Part shown: in pieces, positions 1 to 8,008 of the stretch
Layout: each line of letters starts with the position of its first letter
How positions within the stretch are numbered: the first letter of the stretch is position 1
Source: a virus
Taxonomy: Duplodnaviria > Caudoviricetes
Strand: one strand, 5' to 3'
DNA: 42,078 nt
IMG/VR virus record: IMGVR_UViG_3300048599_000790
Coordinates: 1 to 42,078 of that record
The notes under the pieces: model-generated
The model's input: the letters and a program-made list of their open reading frames with translations, nothing else
What the model was told of the DNA's origin: nothing
The model's database searches: none
Position numbers and translations under genes: made by a program

Positions 1-357
1 TTGTTGGGAGAGGCGGAAATCCCATGCGGCGATCTCCATTCCAAAAAGCAGACATTGCGGCGACATGATGCGATCGAAAACGGCATTGCCGGCGTGGACG
101 ATCTGGACCTCAAGGATCGCATAGAGACTCTCGAGGCGACAAGCGATCAGGCAGAGACCGCCGCGGCATGGGCGACGGCGTCGCTCAGCGCTGAATGCCC
201 GAAGGCGGTTGCACAGCAGGTGAAAGTGCCGGCTGACGAGGTTCGAATTCTCGGCTCCAAGCGCAATCTGCTGCAAGCGCTCGTCGCGGAGGTTGCGAAA
301 AAAATCGTGCGCGGTGCCCGGCTTTGTTCCGAAATGGTGCCCCTGGCCGGACTGTAG
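1..357 (+). pseudogene. Degraded C-terminal remnant of a large serine recombinase from a neighbouring, older integrative element
   Basis: DAIENG..DDLDLKDRIETL and EVRILGSKRNLLQAL resemble the C-terminal region of alphaproteobacterial resolvase-family recombinases; a shifted frame reads VPGFVPKWCP into the att site; no catalytic domain is present in the window. Confidence 0.6.
335..353 (-). other. att core: displaced 3' end of a tRNA (probably tRNA-Leu)
   Basis: Minus strand reads AGTCCGGCCAGGGGCACCA (T-arm 3' half, acceptor stem, CCA); the upstream GTTCG and the rest of the tRNA are absent. Confidence 0.8.
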
Positions 358-385
358 TAAAACCTTGGTTTCAGGACTTTAGCCC

Positions 386-445
386 TGTCCAACCGCAGTT
401 TTTCACCCATGGATTCCTGCGGCTTCCCGGAGCGATTGTCCAACC
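386..445 (+). repeat. Candidate integrase arm-type sites TGTCCAACC (386-394, 434-445)
   Basis: The same motif recurs at 42013-42022 and 42036-42047 at the other prophage end. Confidence 0.6.
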
Positions 446-510
446 TAAAAAGCGAGCCGGAACGCGTCGGCAAACGCGCCCGGCTCTGACCAACGATGAG
501 GTGACATCGC

Positions 511-1818
511 ATGGCTAGCGCCACACATGGGGCCAACGTCCCCGCAATGCAACGAACGGTCCTTGATCTCATCCATGAGTATGAGGACAAGGCAGCTTAC
601 ATCCCGCAAGCGATCGCCGATTTTGAAGCTGCCTTTGAACGTCTCGGCATGGCCGCGACCGTGCAGGGGTGCTTTGTCGCGCCAGTCGGCAGCAAGTCCT
701 ATCTCCACGAGCGCGAGATGCAAAAGAACCTGCTCTCGTCGGGCTGGAGGGCGATATACAACCGTCTCGACATCGCTAAGATCGCGAGCGCGAAGGACAA
801 GCAGCTTTTCGACCGCACGCTTGCCGACCCGCCGCCGCTGACGTTCGACAACGCCAAAGCTACCTTTCGCGACTATCTAGAGCGCCCGCGCTTCCATATC
901 TTGAAGGGGCTGGCGGAAGTGTTCGCCGACCTCGACCCGGCTTACAAGTCGCACAGCAAGGTTCGGATCGGCGTCAAGGGCCTGCCCAAGCGCATCATTA
1001 TGACCGGCTGGGGCGAGTATAGCAGCGGCTGGGCCGTGGATCGCTTTCAGGATATGGTCAACGCCCTCGCGACCTATCAGGGCAAACCGGCGATCGGCTG
1101 GGGCGAGATACGCGACATCGACCGTCGCGGTGATACCGTCATGGAAGGTCGCGGGATCACGGTTCGCCGTTTCCAGAACGGAAACGCGCATGTCTTCTTC
1201 GACAAATGGACCTTGTTCGACATCAACAAGGCGCTGGCCGAGTTCTACGGCGAAGTCCTTCCCGACGCCGAAGAGGATGGGGTAAAGCCGAGCGGCAGCA
1301 CGGCGGTTGCCAATGATCTACAATTCTACTGGTCACCGCCCGCCGTGGTCGAGGAAGCCCTGTCCTTCGCGGACGTATGGGCGCGCACTCAGTATAGCGG
1401 TGACCGTCCCGCCCTTCGGGTACTAGAGCCGTCGTGCGGTGACGGTCGCATTCTCGACGCTATAGCCGAGCGTGGCTATCGGTCGCTTGGCGTCGAATAT
1501 CATCCCGAGCGGGCGGCACAGGCTCGCGCCAAGGGTCACTCCGTTGTGACCGGGAATTTCCTCGAGCAAGCGCCCGTCCCTGAGTTTGATCGGGTCGTGA
1601 TGAACCCGCCGTTTTACGGGCGCCACTACGCCCAACATGTAAGGCACGCTTACAAGTTCCTGAAACCCGGCGGCACGCTGGTCAGCATCCTGCCCGCCAC
1701 GGCTCACTATGACCACGGCGAGCTTAAGGGCGAATGGCGCGACCTTCCGGTTGGCAGCTTCTCCGACGCCGGGACGAACGTGCCGACCGGACTTCTTCGC
1801 ATGAGGAAAGCAGCATGA
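511..1818 (+). CDS. DUF4942-type domain fused to an amino (N6-adenine) DNA methyltransferase
   Basis: Motif I VLEPSCGDG and motif IV VMNPPF in the C-terminal half; RFQNGNAHVFF segment in the N-terminal domain; RBS GAGGTG. Confidence 0.85.
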   Translation: MASATHGANVPAMQRTVLDLIHEYEDKAAYIPQAIADFEAAFERLGMAATVQGCFVAPVGSKSYLHEREMQKNLLSSGWRAIYNRLDIAKIASAKDKQLFDRTLADPPPLTFDNAKATFRDYLERPRFHILKGLAEVFADLDPAYKSHSKVRIGVKGLPKRIIMTGWGEYSSGWAVDRFQDMVNALATYQGKPAIGWGEIRDIDRRGDTVMEGRGITVRRFQNGNAHVFFDKWTLFDINKALAEFYGEVLPDAEEDGVKPSGSTAVANDLQFYWSPPAVVEEALSFADVWARTQYSGDRPALRVLEPSCGDGRILDAIAERGYRSLGVEYHPERAAQARAKGHSVVTGNFLEQAPVPEFDRVVMNPPFYGRHYAQHVRHAYKFLKPGGTLVSILPATAHYDHGELKGEWRDLPVGSFSDAGTNVPTGLLRMRKAA

Positions 1819-2081
1819 ACCCTTACGCTGGACCGCTCTTCTATCCGCCTGTCGGCAAGACTGCCGTAATGGGAACCGGAAGCCGTATCGAGATTTGGCC
1901 GAACGAGTCGGAAAGTGCGGACTGCTTCACCGGATTACTCCTCAAGGACGGGCGCACCGAAGCTCAGCGCGTCGTCTTTGACCTGTCCGTCATGTGGGAC
2001 CGGACGCAGATCGAGCGCATCGAGGAACCGACCCCCGATGATCTGCGGCTTGGCTGGCTTCCTCGCGAGGGCAGCGCATGA
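1815..2081 (+). CDS. Hypothetical phage protein
   Basis: ATGA-coupled to the methyltransferase stop codon (MNPYAGPLFY...). Confidence 0.6.
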   Translation: MNPYAGPLFYPPVGKTAVMGTGSRIEIWPNESESADCFTGLLLKDGRTEAQRVVFDLSVMWDRTQIERIEEPTPDDLRLGWLPREGSA

Positions 2082-2160
2082 CCCTCCTCCTGATCGCGTT
2101 CATCGGCTGCGCTGCCGCTCTTCGCGCCCGAGCTTCCCACGATAACAGGATAGAGAGACC

Positions 2161-2364
2161 ATGAGCGAGAGAGAGCAGATCGTCGCTTGGTTGCGCGCTG
2201 AGGCGAAGCTTTGTGATTGCCATGCACACAGCGCGAGCGAATGCGTCTGCGGGGCATGGGATGGCTTGTTGGACGAGCGCAGCTTCAAGCGCGTTTATGT
2301 CGAGGATGTTGCAGACGCAATCGAGCGCGGCGACTATCGAGGAACCCTAACCCATGACCGATGA
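2161..2364 (+). CDS. Hypothetical protein with Cys/His cluster
   Basis: CDCH...CVC; overlapping-gene operon layout. Confidence 0.65.
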   Translation: MSEREQIVAWLRAEAKLCDCHAHSASECVCGAWDGLLDERSFKRVYVEDVADAIERGDYRGTLTHDR

Positions 2365-2608
2365 CTTGATAAGCATCCACACTTGCCACGCCGAGTGCCC
2401 GCGCCCTCTGTGTGTCGCACAACGGACCATCGCCACTCAACAGGAAGCGATAGACGAGCTGGTCGTGGGGCTGCGGGCCATGTCGGAATACGCCGATCAA
2501 CAGCAAAGCGGCGATAGAGACGACTGGGCCGCCGGAGCCGATCATGCGTACCGCGATATGGAAGGCCAGATCGACGCCCTCCTCTCCAAGCACGGACAAC
2601 GGACATGA
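2354..2608 (+). CDS. Hypothetical protein
   Basis: Overlaps both neighbours; HTCHAECPRPLC. Confidence 0.65.
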   Translation: MTDDLISIHTCHAECPRPLCVAQRTIATQQEAIDELVVGLRAMSEYADQQQSGDRDDWAAGADHAYRDMEGQIDALLSKHGQRT

Positions 2609-2835
2609 CCGATGAAGTCTGCAAGCTGTGCGGGGAAAACGTGGAGGCTCACAGGCTTGGGCATTACTGCGGCATGTTCGTCACCGACGAAGACCCGCGC
2701 ACCAAGGCCCTCCGCACCCGTATAGCTGAGCTGGAGGGGGCGTTGAAAGCTTGCGCCGAAGCGCCCCACAGCGGCTGGACGATTGCCCAAGCGCTCGCCC
2801 GCGCCACCCTCAACGGGGAGAAGAAAGATGGATGA
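2605..2835 (+). CDS. Hypothetical protein
   Basis: ATGA-coupled; CKLC..H..C followed by a coiled coil. Confidence 0.65.
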   Translation: MTDEVCKLCGENVEAHRLGHYCGMFVTDEDPRTKALRTRIAELEGALKACAEAPHSGWTIAQALARATLNGEKKDG

Positions 2836-3058
2836 GCTGGCGACGACATTCCCCGGCGGTGCGCCGGATCGGGAAACCTTCGACCTGATGAAGCGACTCT
2901 CGGACTTGCAGGGCTGGTGCGTCCTGATGGCTAGCAAGGACAGCGGCGGCCTGCCCGCTGCGCAATTGGTGCAGGACGTCCGCGCCTACATCGTCGAGCG
3001 TCAATATCCTCGCGCCCGCGCCGCTCTACAGGCAGCAGGAGGGAAAAAACGTGCGTAA
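2828..3058 (+). CDS. Hypothetical protein
   Basis: RBS GGAG before ATG 2828 (MDELATTF...). Confidence 0.6.
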   Translation: MDELATTFPGGAPDRETFDLMKRLSDLQGWCVLMASKDSGGLPAAQLVQDVRAYIVERQYPRARAALQAAGGKKRA

Positions 3059-3155
3059 TCTCGAACGCGCCGGCCAACGCTTCGCCATAGGCCTAGCCCT
3101 CGTCCTCTTTGCTGCGACGGTGCTGGGCTTGTTGCAGATGTTCGGGGTGCTTTAA
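3051..3155 (+). CDS. 34-aa single-TM peptide
   Basis: GGAGG RBS and GTG start; MRNLERAGQRFAIGLALVLFAATVLGLLQMFGVL; too short for the ORF track. Confidence 0.5.
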   Translation: MRNLERAGQRFAIGLALVLFAATVLGLLQMFGVL

Positions 3156-3204
3156 CGCTGGCTTCAATTAGCCTGGGAGTTTTCAAGTGATTTAAGGCTG
3201 GGTT

Positions 3205-3440
3205 GAATAAGGCGGCGAGCCGACCGGGAACCCCCTGTCACAACTCGCCGCCGTGCCTTCTTTCAGGCTGGCAGCGCGGCGCCCGTGGAGACGTTGAAGG
3301 CGTTCACACCGTAGTGCCATCACCCCTCGAACTGGACCTTCGGGGTTGCGCCCCTCGCCGGATGTTGGCTGCCCTGTTGCCGAGGTCGTTATCTCCCGCC
3401 ACGGGTCGGGTCTTGCGATCTTTCGCCCGCCGCCGCGCCC
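3205..3440 (-). ncRNA. Candidate structured non-coding RNA, family unknown
   Basis: Nested long-range stems, cUACGg and GCAA loops, G-U pairs favouring the minus strand, upstream promoter and 3' hairpin. Confidence 0.6.
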
Positions 3441-3444
3441 ATTC

Positions 3445-3473
3445 TCGGTAGCACAAGAGGCGCGGAATCGCAA
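3445..3473 (-). promoter_or_regulatory. Sigma70-like promoter for the candidate ncRNA
   Basis: TTGCGA-17 nt-TACCGA with extended TG; predicted start ~3440 coincides with the 5' strand of the closing stem. Confidence 0.5.
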
Positions 3474-3474
3474 G

Positions 3475-3714
3475 TTATTCCGCGGCTTTTATCGCTGCCA
3501 GATGCCTCGCCCCGCACGCGCCATAGAGGCGGATAATCTCTGCCTCCCACACGGCGCGCGCGGGGTCTATCAGCGGGATCGGCGGCTCAGGGATTGGCGG
3601 GCAAGGCTGACGGATCGCTGCCGGTAACAGCGGCGTTGGTCGCGCGAGTTGCCGCCCGCAGGCTGTCAGCGACAGGCTCAGGAGCAGCGCACTCAGCAGG
3701 TACGGGTATTTCAC
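3475..3714 (-). CDS. o-spanin (Rz1-like lipoprotein)
   Basis: GTG start, signal peptide with lipobox LTAC, Pro-rich; overlaps the 3' end of the Rz-like gene. Confidence 0.8.
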   Translation of the reverse strand: MKYPYLLSALLLSLSLTACGRQLARPTPLLPAAIRQPCPPIPEPPIPLIDPARAVWEAEIIRLYGACGARHLAAIKAAE

Positions 3715-3961
3715 GGAAGGTCTCCCGAATAACAGTGTTCGTGGCGTAGTTCTGGCGGTCGACGGCATCGCGATTGATCTCGAACCCCGAGGCAGCCGCG
3801 TCCGCCCTCGCCCGCTGCCTGGCGGCTTCTTCCTCAAGCTTGCGTTCGATCTTCGCGGTGTCTGCGTCGGCTTTCCAGCCGCGCACGGTCCAGCCACCAG
3901 CGATGCCGATCGCAAGCAGGGCTGCGCCGCCAGCGCCATATGCCCATAGAGGGATCACCAT
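3587..3961 (-). CDS. i-spanin (Rz-like)
   Basis: N-terminal TM, GWTVRGWKAD, coiled coil, C-terminal Cys; in the lysis cassette. Confidence 0.8.
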   Translation of the reverse strand: MVIPLWAYGAGGAALLAIGIAGGWTVRGWKADADTAKIERKLEEEAARQRARADAAASGFEINRDAVDRQNYATNTVIRETFREIPVPAECAAPEPVADSLRAATRATNAAVTGSDPSALPANP

Positions 3962-4140
3962 TCTTCATCCCTCCCAAAGCCCATAGGGTTTGGCGCGCGC
4001 CAGATGCTGTTGCCGTCCGCGTCCAGAAGCCCCGTGTCGACCGCCACATGTTCGTCCACGGTCAAGCTGGTGCAGATCGGGCTTTCGGGCCAATAATCGT
4101 CATCGAACGAGCGCGGGCGCTTGGCGAAATAGCGGGGCAT
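3955..4140 (-). CDS. Hypothetical protein within the lysis cassette
   Basis: TGATG-coupled to the holin candidate; GGAG RBS. Confidence 0.65.
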   Translation of the reverse strand: MPRYFAKRPRSFDDDYWPESPICTSLTVDEHVAVDTGLLDADGNSIWRAPNPMGFGRDEEW

Positions 4141-4421
4141 CAGCCCTCCCCTCCCTGATCACTGACTTCGATACCGTCCTTGCCCACCTTGACCGTCCGC
4201 TTCACGAACAGCGCGATAAACCCGGTGATGCAGGTGAAGATGATCCCCATCGCCGCCATGCCGAGCCAGAAGGCTTTGTCGGCAATCCCGCGCACCAGAA
4301 TCAGGACGATAAATGCGTAACCCGTCATCACGATGCTGCCGCCAAGGATCGCAGCAAAGGCGAGCGCACGGCGTCCGTCAGGGGTCATGAGCGAGGGGAG
4401 CTTCACGGGTACTTGCTCCAC
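4140..4421 (-). CDS. Putative holin, two TM segments
   Basis: Two hydrophobic helices and a charged C-terminus, directly after the endolysin. Confidence 0.65.
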   Translation of the reverse strand: MEQVPVKLPSLMTPDGRRALAFAAILGGSIVMTGYAFIVLILVRGIADKAFWLGMAAMGIIFTCITGFIALFVKRTVKVGKDGIEVSDQGGEG

Positions 4422-4804
4422 GGGAGCTGCCAGTGCGGACCATCCTTGAACGATCGCCAGTCACCGCCCCACTCGATCGGGACGCCCTCGTCCTTCGCCG
4501 CCTGTTTGATGATGGGCGCGAGCTTGTGATAGAGCGGCCACGACCACGACACTTTGCCGCCAGCGTCCAACGGGGCGATGTCTACCGCGCAGCTCTTGCC
4601 AGTCTTGCCGGGAAGGTGGCGGCTGTTCATGGTCTTGGACGCACCAGTAGCAACAAGATGCTTTTGCCGCTCGACCGTGCGCAGAACCTCCAGGACAGTG
4701 AAGTCGATGTTGCTGATCGCCGCGGCACGCTTGATGACGCGCTGCAAATCCGGGTGCGCCCCGTCAAGGCGCGAGAGCGAGCGTTCGCCGAGAATGATGC
4801 TCAT
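4403..4804 (-). CDS. Endolysin, M15-family (L-Ala-D-Glu type) peptidase
   Basis: RT.ERQ, SKTMNSRHL, AVDI and WGGDW..FKDGPHWQL motifs; start taken at ATG 4804 (MSIILGERS). Confidence 0.9.
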   Translation of the reverse strand: MSIILGERSLSRLDGAHPDLQRVIKRAAAISNIDFTVLEVLRTVERQKHLVATGASKTMNSRHLPGKTGKSCAVDIAPLDAGGKVSWSWPLYHKLAPIIKQAAKDEGVPIEWGGDWRSFKDGPHWQLPWSKYP

Positions 4805-4983
4805 AGGATGTTCCACCCCTTCAACTGCCGGTGCGCGAGCCAGAAGGCTCCCGCCACCAGCGCAGAAACAATGATCAGCGGCGCGCACAGCCAGAGCCAT
4901 GCCGCGCTGTCGAAAATGCCGCCGACGAGACCCGCGAGGAAAAGCAGGCCAAGGACGATTGCGATCTTGTCACCAAGAGCCAT
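4801..4983 (-). CDS. Small two-TM membrane protein (holin or antiholin candidate)
   Basis: MALGDKIAIVLGLLFLAGLVGG...; coupled to the endolysin start. Confidence 0.55.
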   Translation of the reverse strand: MALGDKIAIVLGLLFLAGLVGGIFDSAAWLWLCAPLIIVSALVAGAFWLAHRQLKGWNIL

Positions 4984-5153
4984 CAGGTTTTCCTTTCCAT
5001 CATCCTGCCGATCTGGCGGACCAGCCGACCCCAATTTTCGGGAGGGTCGCCGCATCGAAGATGGCGAACCACGTCCTCCAGCAACTCGACGGCGGCTTGC
5101 GCGTGATCGGTGATCTCGATGCGTGCAGCGATCTGGCGTTCGGTGGCGTTCAT
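4983..5153 (-). CDS. Hypothetical protein
   Basis: ATGA-coupled to the upstream gene; MNATERQIAARIE... Confidence 0.55.
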   Translation of the reverse strand: MNATERQIAARIEITDHAQAAVELLEDVVRHLRCGDPPENWGRLVRQIGRMMERKT

Positions 5154-6313
5154 GCGGCCTCCAGCATCTCGGGTGAAACCGTGACCGTGCCGACCTCGCC
5201 AAACTCGCGGTGATAGGACACGGCAGTAATTGCTCGTTCGCTCCACCAGCCACCGCGCGCCGCATGGGCATCCCTCGCCGCCAGCGTCGGATGCTGGATC
5301 ACGCGGCAGCCGCTATGCTCCTTGTCCTCCTTGTGGTGGCGGTGGCCGGTGTGGATATAGACCTTGGGACAGGCGCCCCACATTGCGCGAAACTGCGCCG
5401 CGAACAGTGCGGGAAGCTGGTCGTTCTTCCTGAGGTGGCCGTGGTGGAAGCCGAGCATGGTCTTGCCCCACTGGATCGCGGTATAGGGCAATTCGCTGTC
5501 ATGGACCGACAGGCGCGGCTCGTTCTCATAGAGCGCGCCGAACAGCTTGCGAAGCCACAGGGACGAGGCGAGATCGTGGTTGCCCTCAGCGATATGCAGG
5601 ATGACGTTCTGGTGCTTCGTCAGGGCCAAGGCGCATAGCTGGCGGATCAGGGCGATGGAGACGTCCACGACACGCCCGAAACGGCTGTCGGCGTCCAGTA
5701 CGTGCCCATGGGTCGGCGTGACGGGAGCGTGCCCGTCATAGTGCATCCAATCGCCTTGCACGTTGACGATGCCGGTATCCGATGCCGGGGAACCAGCGAC
5801 GAGCGCAGCCATAGCCTTCTCGCCCATGTCCTTTGCGATCGTGACGTCCCAGTCGGCTCCGCCCTCTTTGTGCCAACACAAGGCGCCAACATGGTAATCG
5901 GTGAAGGTATAGAGCGTCGCCAGAGCGGGCAGAGACGTGGCCGGCGCATCAAGTGGCGGAACGGGGCGTATATCGGCCGCCAACGCATCCACAGCCTCCC
6001 TCAGAGCCTCAAATGCCCGTTGCTGATCCGGTGACTGGCGCTCCCACACGCGCTCTACGGCGCCGTCTGGACCGCGCTGGACCGTAACCTTGCCCATGAG
6101 GTAGCCCGGCGCCACCCCATGTTCGAAATGACCGGGCGCATACCCTTCTCGGGCTGCGCGCTTCTTGACGCGGCGCACCGCCTTGCTGATCGTGTCATTG
6201 CTCAGGCCAAGCGCGCGTTCAGCGGCAGCCCCGCCGCCATGCTCCGCAACAGCATCCAGCGCCCGGCGCTCGACGTCCGTTGCGAAGCGATAGAGGTTTT
6301 CATCGACAGCCAA
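5150..6313 (-). CDS. Calcineurin-like metallophosphoesterase with N-terminal HTH-like region
   Basis: Metal motifs DYH, GDWMH, GNHD, HGH and GHRHH. Confidence 0.85.
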   Translation of the reverse strand: MAVDENLYRFATDVERRALDAVAEHGGGAAAERALGLSNDTISKAVRRVKKRAAREGYAPGHFEHGVAPGYLMGKVTVQRGPDGAVERVWERQSPDQQRAFEALREAVDALAADIRPVPPLDAPATSLPALATLYTFTDYHVGALCWHKEGGADWDVTIAKDMGEKAMAALVAGSPASDTGIVNVQGDWMHYDGHAPVTPTHGHVLDADSRFGRVVDVSIALIRQLCALALTKHQNVILHIAEGNHDLASSLWLRKLFGALYENEPRLSVHDSELPYTAIQWGKTMLGFHHGHLRKNDQLPALFAAQFRAMWGACPKVYIHTGHRHHKEDKEHSGCRVIQHPTLAARDAHAARGGWWSERAITAVSYHREFGEVGTVTVSPEMLEAA

Positions 6314-6316
6314 GCA

Positions 6317-6439
6317 TCACCTCTTGAGAAGCGCCCCGAACAGGGCGGCCAGAATCACGAAGGGCACGACAGCGCCGCGCGCGTAGAAAAGAATGAGGAA
6401 CAGCCCGCACAGGCCTAAGACCCGACGAGCGCGGACCAT
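6317..6439 (-). CDS. 40-aa hydrophobic peptide
   Basis: MVRARRVLGLCGLFLILFYARGAVVPFVILAALFGALLKR fills the gap between two genes. Confidence 0.4.
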   Translation of the reverse strand: MVRARRVLGLCGLFLILFYARGAVVPFVILAALFGALLKR

Positions 6440-6684
6440 GCCTTGCTCAGCACTGCTCCGACGGTCCCGCCAGCAAGGCCGACCCCGATCAGCAGACCCG
6501 TCCCCTTGTTCTTGAGCGCAGCAAGGTCGGCCTTGTCCGCCTCCATGTCCTTGCGGAGAGCTTCGACCTCTTTACGCAGCGCCTCGTTCTCGCGACGCTG
6601 CGCCGCGCGGTCCTCTTCCATGCGCTTTGCGATGCCTTCCACCAGTGTCTCAATGCGGGCGGTGCGCTCCGCTTGGGTGGTCAC
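6415..6684 (-). CDS. Coiled-coil protein with C-terminal TM (XhlA/holin-like)
   Basis: GTGA-coupled start; heptad-rich body followed by LLIGVGLAGGTVGAVL. Confidence 0.65.
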   Translation of the reverse strand: MTTQAERTARIETLVEGIAKRMEEDRAAQRRENEALRKEVEALRKDMEADKADLAALKNKGTGLLIGVGLAGGTVGAVLSKAWSALVGS

Positions 6685-6935
6685 GGCAGCGGCCAAAAGG
6701 TGCAGTTGAACAGAACGTTATCGCTGTCACCCGGCCCGAAATTCTCGTCGCGGTAGAGGATGCGGCCATAGGTAATCTTGCCCGCCTCTTCGCTTGGCCC
6801 GAACGTCCGCGTTTCGCCGTCTGCAAAGGTCAGCGTCAGCGTGTTCGCCGCCTCGTCCCAATCGGGATCGCCAACGACATCGGGGTAGAAACTGTGCCCG
6901 CCCGCACCGTCCGAATGTCTGTAGGTCATCGTCAT
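6681..6935 (-). CDS. Hypothetical protein
   Basis: AGGAGG RBS; downstream of the tail genes. Confidence 0.7.
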   Translation of the reverse strand: MTMTYRHSDGAGGHSFYPDVVGDPDWDEAANTLTLTFADGETRTFGPSEEAGKITYGRILYRDENFGPGDSDNVLFNCTFWPLP

Positions 6936-6946
6936 GTCGGCCTCCT

Positions 6947-8008
6947 TCAGGGAATGCTCGCCGGAGCGGTGGGAAGCGTGTCGCCGTAGTGAGCGCCGCC
7001 CGGCGCGAAGGCGCGGTTCATCGCCGCGCGCAACTGGTCGCGAACGCCGAATATGTCGCCGTAGAGGTGGCTGTAGTCGGTCCCGGTGATGCCGCGGAAC
7101 GCCTGCCCATAGGGGTACAGATTATCGTGCCACAGATCGATGATGTCGTAGCGATAGAGGACGTATGACATCGCCGCTTGCTGAAAGCCCGCCGCGCCTT
7201 GCCCCGGCAGCGCCCCCGCACCGACGATCCCCATGAAGGCATTCGCGTCGACTGGGGCAGCATTGAACCAGCCCCGCGTCGCGATCCACTTCATCTGCGG
7301 AACACCGACAGTCGGCACGCCGCTCGGCCAATTGGAGTTGCCGATGAGCGTACCAATCGCCGTTGACTGTCCTGTGTCCTCGCTCCCTGTGATTGGGTAA
7401 GCGGGAGTGTTCGTCGCTGATCCGAGTCCGCCAAATCCCGGAATGCCCGCGATATTCCCTGCGCCCGAAATGGCCGAGATCAGGAGATTGTTGCCCACCT
7501 TTCCGCTGTCGGTCCGGTAGGCGCGTGTCATCGTGATCCACGCGACCTGCGCAAAGCGGTGGTTCGCCGGGGTGTTCCACACTTGCCCGGTATCGGTGGC
7601 GCTCGACCCGCCAACCGTCGAATTGGCGAAGATATACGCCCGGATCGCGGCGGGGATCGTCGCATACCAGTGCGTCTGGTTGTTGCCGAGCGTCTGCGAA
7701 ATGATCGTGTGCAGCCCGCCCTTCGGCGTCAGCTCCAGCTTGAAGCGGTCGGCGCCGGTATCGGACCCGAGCGTGTGCGTGCCGTGCAAGGTCGATTCCG
7801 ACGCTGCTGACAGGCCAAGGATTTTCGCAGCGTTGCGCCACGCCGCGTTCTTGGCGACCCCGCCATTGGTCGGGACGCCGCCATAGACAGGGTGTCCCGG
7901 CTGATAGGACCAGATCGTGCCCGGAAAGAAGCCGTCCGCGTCATAGAGCGGCATCGAACCGTCGAAGGCGTCGGGGTTACTCGCCCCGAAGAGGACCGAT
8001 TTTACCAT
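6947..8008 (-). CDS. Tail-associated protein (putative receptor-binding or accessory subunit)
   Basis: TAATG-coupled to the tail fibre gene; Gly/Thr/aromatic-rich. Confidence 0.7.
   Translation of the reverse strand: MVKSVLFGASNPDAFDGSMPLYDADGFFPGTIWSYQPGHPVYGGVPTNGGVAKNAAWRNAAKILGLSAASESTLHGTHTLGSDTGADRFKLELTPKGGLHTIISQTLGNNQTHWYATIPAAIRAYIFANSTVGGSSATDTGQVWNTPANHRFAQVAWITMTRAYRTDSGKVGNNLLISAISGAGNIAGIPGFGGLGSATNTPAYPITGSEDTGQSTAIGTLIGNSNWPSGVPTVGVPQMKWIATRGWFNAAPVDANAFMGIVGAGALPGQGAAGFQQAAMSYVLYRYDIIDLWHDNLYPYGQAFRGITGTDYSHLYGDIFGVRDQLRAAMNRAFAPGGAHYGDTLPTAPASIP

Noticed and set aside
335-353. Intact tRNA gene
   Set aside because: Only the last 19 nt are present; treated as the att core
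3152-3166. CtrA-like TTAA-N7-TTCA
   Set aside because: One mismatch, located between convergent 3' ends with no associated promoter; likely chance
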